From contig OX597830.1 in the NCBI GenBank assembly GCA_951406725.2, forward strand, positions 76,012,001-76,076,000: DNA of 64,000 nt, written 5' to 3'. Below are positions 56,721 through 64,000 of this stretch, piece after piece. The notes below the pieces were generated by a model, which saw nothing but the letters and a program-made list of their open reading frames with translations, was not told the origin of the DNA and made no database searches. Source of the stretch: Octopus vulgaris. Lineage: Eukaryota. A program made the translations under genes and the position numbers. How positions within the stretch are numbered: position 1 is the stretch's first letter; every line of letters begins with the position of its first letter.

Positions 56721-57542
56721 GTGTTGTATATACATCACGGCCGATCTTACCAACCGGTTTCACACTAGGCTGCCAACAGAGTGTTCGGTAACAGTTCTCT
56801 TCAGAGGTAGCAGTTATGGAATGAAATATAGTGACTGCCTTCTATTGCTTGAGAGGAATATATATATATATATAATTATAATTTAAATAATTTGAGAAAA
56901 CGAATTTCCAAATCAATTAGGTACAATCCTTTAGCATTACATGCATCTGCATATCGTACAGTGGGGTCTTGATTATTATATATTTATACATTTATCTAGA
57001 AATATTCAGATATATAATAGAAATCAAATATAATTCAGTTTTGGTGATTAATAGATGTGCGGGTATTCTATTTCAGATAATACAAAAAATAACCTAATTA
57101 GTATATCTGAGGGTAAACTCGTGGTATCTATTTGCACATTACGAAATAATACCTTAAAGGAAATAAACAATATACCAGCAGGGTATAAAATATACTTCCT
57201 TAGTTATCTCCTACTTGAGTTAAAATTTAAATTATCATTTATGAAGGAAATACACGTGTTTCAGTACTGGAAGATTATAATATATGTACATATATATATA
57301 TATGTACATATATATACATATACATATATATACATATATAAATATATTTATGCAATCATCATATTTACAAAACTATCAACACATCTTCAGGTTCCTTTTC
57401 AAAATATTGTTAATTAAATTTTACATCACCGTAGAATTAAGTTTTAAATTAAACATTAAAAATTAAAAATTATACTTTATAAAGTTTAAATTATTAGAGC
57501 TGCTTTCAATTCGAAAATTATTATTATTATTATTATTATTAT

Positions 57543-57583
<41 letters not shown>

Positions 57584-57598
57584 ATTATTATTATTATT

Positions 57599-57640
<42 letters not shown>

Positions 57641-57645
57641 ATTAT

Positions 57646-57684
<39 letters not shown>

Positions 57685-57708
57685 ATGATGATTATGATGA
57701 TGATGATA

Positions 57709-57743
<35 letters not shown>

Positions 57744-57902
57744 AGATTTGTATAATAATAATAAATTAAATTAAATTAAACCAGTGCGTGTGAATTTTAT
57801 TATTAGCATACTGACCCTCCTGAAATACAGAAAATAAAAAAGATGAATATTTAAAGAAATACAATCAATGATGAAGATTTGTTTTTCTTATTTATTTTTC
57901 AG

Positions 57903-57978
57903 AAAAGAATCGTCATATTCATAGCCGGCAAAAACCTGTGGGAAGTAGGAGCCTGGGGATTGTGGAGTGTGTCGTGTG
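57903..57978 (+). CDS. Candidate internal exon
   Basis: Strong polypyrimidine acceptor tttttcAG, donor GTGAGT, GC step up; one open frame gives LWEVGAWGLWSVSC(G), resembling a thrombospondin type-1 repeat start. Confidence 0.4.
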
Positions 57979-58509
57979 GTGAGTACCTTGAATATAAATT
58001 GTACGTTTATTTATCTTATATATTTCCTTTGGCTTTTGATAACTTTTTATAGCTACTCATGATTCACTGATGGATAATGACTAACTGAAGAGATTTGCAA
58101 ATCACTATTAGAATTGAAATATGATATATTTATATTTCGTAATTTAAAATTGTTTCAAGAATTCCATGTGAACTAATCTTGCGTCCAGTTCATAAACCTG
58201 TCCACAGTTTATTAACTAGTCATATATGCTGTGCAAATTTTACTCTACAGCAGCCGTGGAAATTGCTTCTCCGAAACCTTTGGTAAAACAATACGCAGAA
58301 AATACTTGGCTATCGCTAAAATATATAACATTCATCAACGTTTACAGTGACTAATACTAAGGTACTTAAATTTATCAGGAAAATGGCAAGGAGAAAAGGT
58401 GAAAGAAGAAAGAGAAAGGAAAGGGTAAAATATTTAGCTCCGTTCAACTGTGACCACGTAGCTCTCAAACGCTAGTCAGATCCCTTGCTGTGGTTTCATC
58501 AAATAATGC

Positions 58510-58665
58510 AATTGGTCTGAGACAATTCTGTTATAGAATTGGTCTGAGACAATTCTGTTAGAGCAAAATATTTCCACATCGTCGTTAGAATTTCCACTTC
58601 GTAGTTAGAATTTCCACTTCATCGTTAGAATTTCCACTTCATTAGAATTTCCACTTTGTCATTAG
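58510..58665. repeat. Two short tandem arrays (~27 bp x2; ~17-21 bp ttagaatttccactt x4-5)
   Basis: Direct reading. Confidence 0.85.
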
Positions 58666-58689
58666 AGAATATATGTAATGTAATGTCAT

Positions 58690-58955
58690 CAATAAATGAA
58701 TAATAAATGCGCCCTTTTAAAGCCTAGCCAGGCTCATGGGCCCGGTTTCCCGGTTTCTATGGCGTATGTGTTCCCCAGCTGGACGGGATGCCAGTCCATC
58801 GCAGCGTTACTCATTTTTGCCTGCTGAGTGGACTGGAGCAACGTGAAATGAAGTGTTTTGCTCAAGAACACAACGCGCCGCCCGGTCCAGGAATCGAAAC
58901 CACAATCTTACGATCATGTTGCTGACACTCTAACCCATAAGCCACGCGCCTCCAC
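58690..58955 (-). mobile_element. tRNA-derived SINE family D, full length
   Basis: 15-bp TSD gtaatgtaatgtcat (58675-58689, 58956-58970); gcgatggactggcatcccgtccag body. Confidence 0.92.
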
Positions 58956-58959
58956 GTAA

Positions 58960-59260
58960 TGTAATGTCATTTCCAGTTCAAACATGTTGATGGCATGTTC
59001 GGATTTGTAAACAAGCCATTCATTATGTTTTGTCACGGAGAATATTTCTGGCTGTTCGCAGCGTTACCTGCTTGGTGTCTGTGATCGAACAGGTGATAAC
59101 AGCATCTCACAATCTAGGAAGGTGACACTGCGAACTGATCTAGGTGTATCCACGCTATTTATCTACAGCAAGAAATTTTCTCCATGGCAAAATAAAGTTA
59201 ATGGGTTGTTTACAAGTCCGAACGTGCTTTTAGCATTTTTGAACTTATGATAACATTGCA
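58960..59260 (+). other. Long imperfect inverted repeat, candidate structured RNA
   Basis: 58960-59055 pairs with 59165-59260; inner stem 59054-59069 pairs with 59120-59135. Confidence 0.8.
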
Positions 59261-59548
59261 GTTATACTTATCACCGCTTATTGGTTCCCCTCCGTGATAT
59301 GTTTAATATCTACATATCATGCGACACATGATTTCTTGGTATCAACATGGCGTAGCACTTTGGACAAGTGTTTTCTACTATGGCTTCGGGCCGACCAAAG
59401 CCTTGTGAGTGGATATGGTAGACGGAAACTAAAAGAAGCCCGTCATATATATATATATATATATATTTGTGTGTTTACGTGTTACAGATACACATATGAA
59501 TGTGTATATGTATATATATCATATATATATATATATATATATGTATGC

Positions 59549-59778
59549 AAAGGCGGCGAGCTGGTAAAAACGTTAGCACGCCGGGCGAAATGCGTAGCCG
59601 TATTTCGTCTGCCGTTACGTTCTGTGTTCAAATTCCGCCGAGGTCGACTTTGCCTTTCATCCTTTCGGGGTCGATAAATTAAGTACCAGTTACGCACTTG
59701 GGTCGATGTAATCGACTTAATCCGTTTGTCTGTCCTCGTTTGTCCCATCTGCGTTTAGCCCCTTGTGGGTAGTAAAGA
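59549..59778 (+). mobile_element. SINE family A
   Basis: Near-consensus full copy. Confidence 0.92.
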
Positions 59779-60228
59779 TATATATATATATATATGTATG
59801 CATGTATATATATATGTGTGTGTGTGTGTGTGCGTGTATGCATACATAGATACTTGCATATACTATGTACATACTTCCACATTTCGGTTATGACTTCGAT
59901 TGTCTTCCGTAGTTTAAGTTCTTGAAAATGCATGAACAGTTGAACATATTTCATGACAGGCAAAATACTTTGGAGATAAAGATGATAATAATATAAAATT
60001 TATACGTTATTCGTATTTTACTAAAAATCGTGGAACGAAACGTATGTATACACAATGAGAAACATTCTTAAGTCAACATGGCAAAAACTGGAGTGTGCGT
60101 GTGAGTGTGCGTGCATGTGCTTGTGTGTGTGTGTATGTTTATCTATATATGTGCATACGTCAATATTATATATATTTTACCCTTACATTTCCACGTGCAT
60201 TTTATATTTTCTTTTTATAACATATTTC

Positions 60229-60282
<54 letters not shown>

Positions 60283-60423
60283 GTATATATATATGTATAT
60301 ATATGTATATATATGTATATATATATTTCTATATTTATACGCATGTATACTTACATATATGTGTATATACGTATGAATATATGTGTGTATGAGTGTGTAT
60401 ACGTATGTGTGCATACACACACA

Positions 60424-60480
<57 letters not shown>

Positions 60481-60632
60481 CCGTATACATATTTGAGCGT
60501 ATATGTACAACCGAGTGAGTGTACATGTGTGTGTGTGCGTTTGCGTGTGAGTATGCCTGTGTATACGTGCGTGAGAGAGAAAGGGAGAGAGAGCATGTGT
60601 GTGTGTGCATACAAACGCGAAAACGCGCGTAC

Positions 60633-60679
<47 letters not shown>

Positions 60680-61232
60680 TGTGTAGAATAGTTTCTGGAA
60701 TTGACTTATGGCTATTTGCTCAATCAATGTCTTTTAACAAATAAACGCGAGACGATTTCATGCAAATAGACTTATGCCATGCTGAAATGCTGTCCTTTGA
60801 AGATGGCGTATTAATAGATGAGAATTTCGTTGTTCGCTTGTAGATAAGTTGCACAATTAAATTGATATTTGTATAAATAAATCAGACTAGTGTCAGAACA
60901 TTGTAAAAAGAGGGAGTGAGTCGTTTTAGGTTAACATGTGTTACTCGTTTGACATCTTTATGCTGTTTGGATTGTTTAAATAATACCATTAATGTGTGAA
61001 TGCATATGTGTATGTGTGAGTATGTATATGTGTATGTAAGTTTGTATGATATTTTCATATATACATATATATATATTCTTTTGTGTGTATGTAGTACTTA
61101 TACATACATATATAAATATATATTATACATATATTTACATAAATATGCATAATTTTGTGTTCCTGTCTGTTTGTCTGTCTTTCTGCCGCTCTCTCGCTTT
61201 CTCTCTATCTCTCATATTTTCTCTCTTTCTCA

Positions 61233-61318
<86 letters not shown>

Positions 61319-61781
61319 CTTTATAAATACAAGGGTAAAAATTATTAAACAATTTTTTACCAGTGGTCAGAAGACATATAATTTCAAATATAATAGAATA
61401 TGAAACACAGACGGCGAGAAAACCACCACATGGAGTTTTACGTGCTAAAAATGGCAGTCAAAGTCTAAAACCACAAAATACATTCTTACATTAAAGCATG
61501 TTGATTTGTACGCGAGCAAGACATTTGAGTGAATAAAAAATTTAGTTAAATTATACTCATGAGTTTCACTTTAAATGACCAGATAAATCAACAAGTAAGA
61601 TAAATAATTGATTAATTAATCATCCATAGCTTGTCCGTAAGGCTGCTATAAAATATGAGACCAAAATACGTACCGAAAACAATAAGTAAACACGTGCGCG
61701 TTCAGTTCCATGTTTATACATCAAGGATTCACATCGAATGCCCTCAAATGAACGCACTAAACCAATAAATTCAAACATAAT

Positions 61782-62170
61782 GGGATGGAAGCACTCCGTC
61801 GGTTACGACGATGAGGGTTCCGGTTGATCCGAATCAACGAAACAGCCTGCTCGTGAAATTAACGTGTAAGTGGCTGAGAACTCCACAGACACGTGCACTC
61901 TTAACGTAGTTCTCGGGGATATTCAGCGTGACACAGAGAGTGACAAGGCCGGCCCTTTGAAATACAGGTACAACAGAAACAGGAAGTAAGAGTGAGAGAA
62001 AGTTGTGGTGAAAGAGTACAGCAGGGATCACCACCATTCCCTGCCGGAGCCTCGTGGAGCTTTTAGGTGTTTTCGCTCAATAAACACTCACAACGCCCGG
62101 TCTGGGAATCGAAGCCGCGATCCCACGACCGCGAGTCCGCTGCCGTAACCACTGGGCCATTGCGCCTCCG
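61782..62170 (-). mobile_element. SINE family C, full length
   Basis: 8-bp TSD aacataat (61774-61781, 62171-62178). Confidence 0.93.
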
Positions 62171-62235
62171 AACATAATAGTATCAGGCCGAAGAATTTAA
62201 ATATTTAACTTTATAAATACGAGTGTAAAATTTAT

Positions 62236-62296
<61 letters not shown>

Positions 62297-62298
<2 letters not shown>

Positions 62299-62905
62299 TG
62301 CTCACTTTCCCTCCTCTTTTCCCTTCACTGTGTCCTTGTCATTTTTTCGTGCCCCTCTTTAATTCTTCTGAACCTCTGCCTCTACCGCCCTCTCTCTTCT
62401 TTCCCCACGTGACCGGTTCGGCCAAGGCAGATCTTTCTTTCTTGGTCGGCCATCGTCCGTGCAACATCTATATTCCTCCCTGTGCCTACCAAATCTTATG
62501 TCCCTGCCAAATCTTATGTCCCTGACCTAAGGCTTTATTCCCACACACGCCAGCTTAATTTAATTCGTCCTTAGTCGAAAGACGCCCGTTGTTATGTCCT
62601 GTTATTTGTATTTGTGTAATATTCTCCATTTTTTTTTCATTTTTGTGTTCGTATACATTCGCTTCTTTCTTCCAAGAAACCTAATGCTCTTAGCTTAGGT
62701 TTTCCTTGGGGTTAGCCAGATTTGAGCAATCTCGAGTATAACCAACTGAAATTGCAAAGATAATCTGGAACTCGACTGAGGAAAGAAAACTCCGAATGAC
62801 CCGTCTTTGTTTTCATTGTATCGTTTATCTGTGTGTTTTGTTGTCCCTATTTTGTATCGTCTAACTGCCTTGACCATTTGCGTTCTTGTCTTATTTTGTA
62901 TCTTG
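62297..62905 (+). mobile_element. Repeat family X, longest copy (motif at 62710-62782)
   Basis: Homology to the 56.2-kb and 2.9-kb copies; microsatellites on both sides. Confidence 0.8.
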
Positions 62906-63013
<108 letters not shown>

Positions 63014-63268
63014 GGATCTTTTGTCACTTTAAATAAAACTCTTGAATCAATAGCACTGTGTAGAAACTCTATACTTGGAATGACCAATTTTAAATACTAT
63101 TGGATTTTAGCCACAAGCTACTAGAATCCTATATGTATACCATTCTGTCTAAATAATGGATCTACAAATGCAATATCCCTGCATATCCCACATCTATTTT
63201 CATTACTCCACTTCACTCTCTATTTCGTATCTTATTTAAATTATTGCATAACTATTTTATAACACCGT

Positions 63269-63315
63269 CTCCGATGAAGGGATATAATAATTATCCTGGA
63301 AACAGCTGTAAGACC
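63269..63315 (+). ncRNA. Minimal type I hammerhead motif (H2)
   Basis: GUCU CCGAUGA A GGGAUA uaauaau UAUCCU g GAAA CAGCUG UA AGAC; palindromic stem III. Confidence 0.75.
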
Positions 63316-63380
63316 TTCTATTTATAAATGTTCTAAAATCTTCACAGCCTTGTTTTTTTATCTCATTCTGAAAAAATATC

Positions 63381-63424
<44 letters not shown>

Positions 63425-63715
63425 GTGTGTAAGTATATATGTATACATGTATGTATGTATTCACACACACACACACACACACCATTTAAGTGATTACAGG
63501 TTATAATCTTGACCCTGGGACCTCTCTCTTTCAATTCTTCTTTTGAGCCTATCTCGTTCAGAAATACTACGATTGCATGTGTATTTATATACGGATACAC
63601 ACTCATATAGGTGCTTGCATGTATACATACTTGTATGCATAATACGCATATCCATATATTATTGTGTGTTTGTGTATATATATACATATATATATATATA
63701 TATTTATATATACAC

Positions 63716-63756
<41 letters not shown>

Positions 63757-63850
63757 TATATACATATAAATATGTATATATAATATACATATATATGTAT
63801 ATATATATATACATATATATACATATATGTATATATATAATATATATATA

Positions 63851-63902
<52 letters not shown>

Positions 63903-64000
63903 CTATATAAATACATACATATACACACACATTTTATATACATATACATACACACATACACACACATATATACATACATATATGTGTGTGCGTGTATATT

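Noticed and set aside
56795-56858. GAGGTAG...ACTGCCTTC hairpin resembling let-7/let-7*
   Set aside because: Arms too short to hold a 22-nt duplex.
58510-58665. Short repeats superficially like a CRISPR array
   Set aside because: Tandem units without unique spacers, no cas genes, eukaryotic context.
61373-61428. GTGGT CAGAAGA..GAAA..ACCAC, hammerhead-like layout
   Set aside because: Core, stem III and cleavage triplet would all need correction; single copy in the window.

Overview
AT-rich, microsatellite-saturated animal genomic DNA. The tRNA-derived SINE families and the (TA)n/(CA)n/(GATA)n/(TAA)n load look like an octopus or coleoid cephalopod genome; this is inference. No intact long protein-coding gene is visible, and almost all ORF-track entries are microsatellite artefacts. 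Recognisable content: decayed L1/Tx1, R4/Dong and CR1-like LINE fragments; mariner, DD37D (maT), Chapaev3, hAT-MITE and Helitron remnants; at least four tRNA-SINE families (many with TSDs); a U6 snRNA copy fused to a SINE/CR1-type 3' tail; and a few weak candidate exons. The notable layer is RNA structure. Several unrelated short elements sitting in (TA)n tracts carry minimal type I hammerhead ribozyme motifs (Penelope-like/retrozyme style). One three-copy repeat contains all hammerhead core elements in a strand order that is not type I, II or III, with compensatory base changes, making it a candidate pseudoknotted, permuted hammerhead. Also present are a divergent pair of vault-RNA-like Pol III units and a ~300-nt hairpin with G-U strand bias. 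All pairings were read by eye and need computational and biochemical tests.
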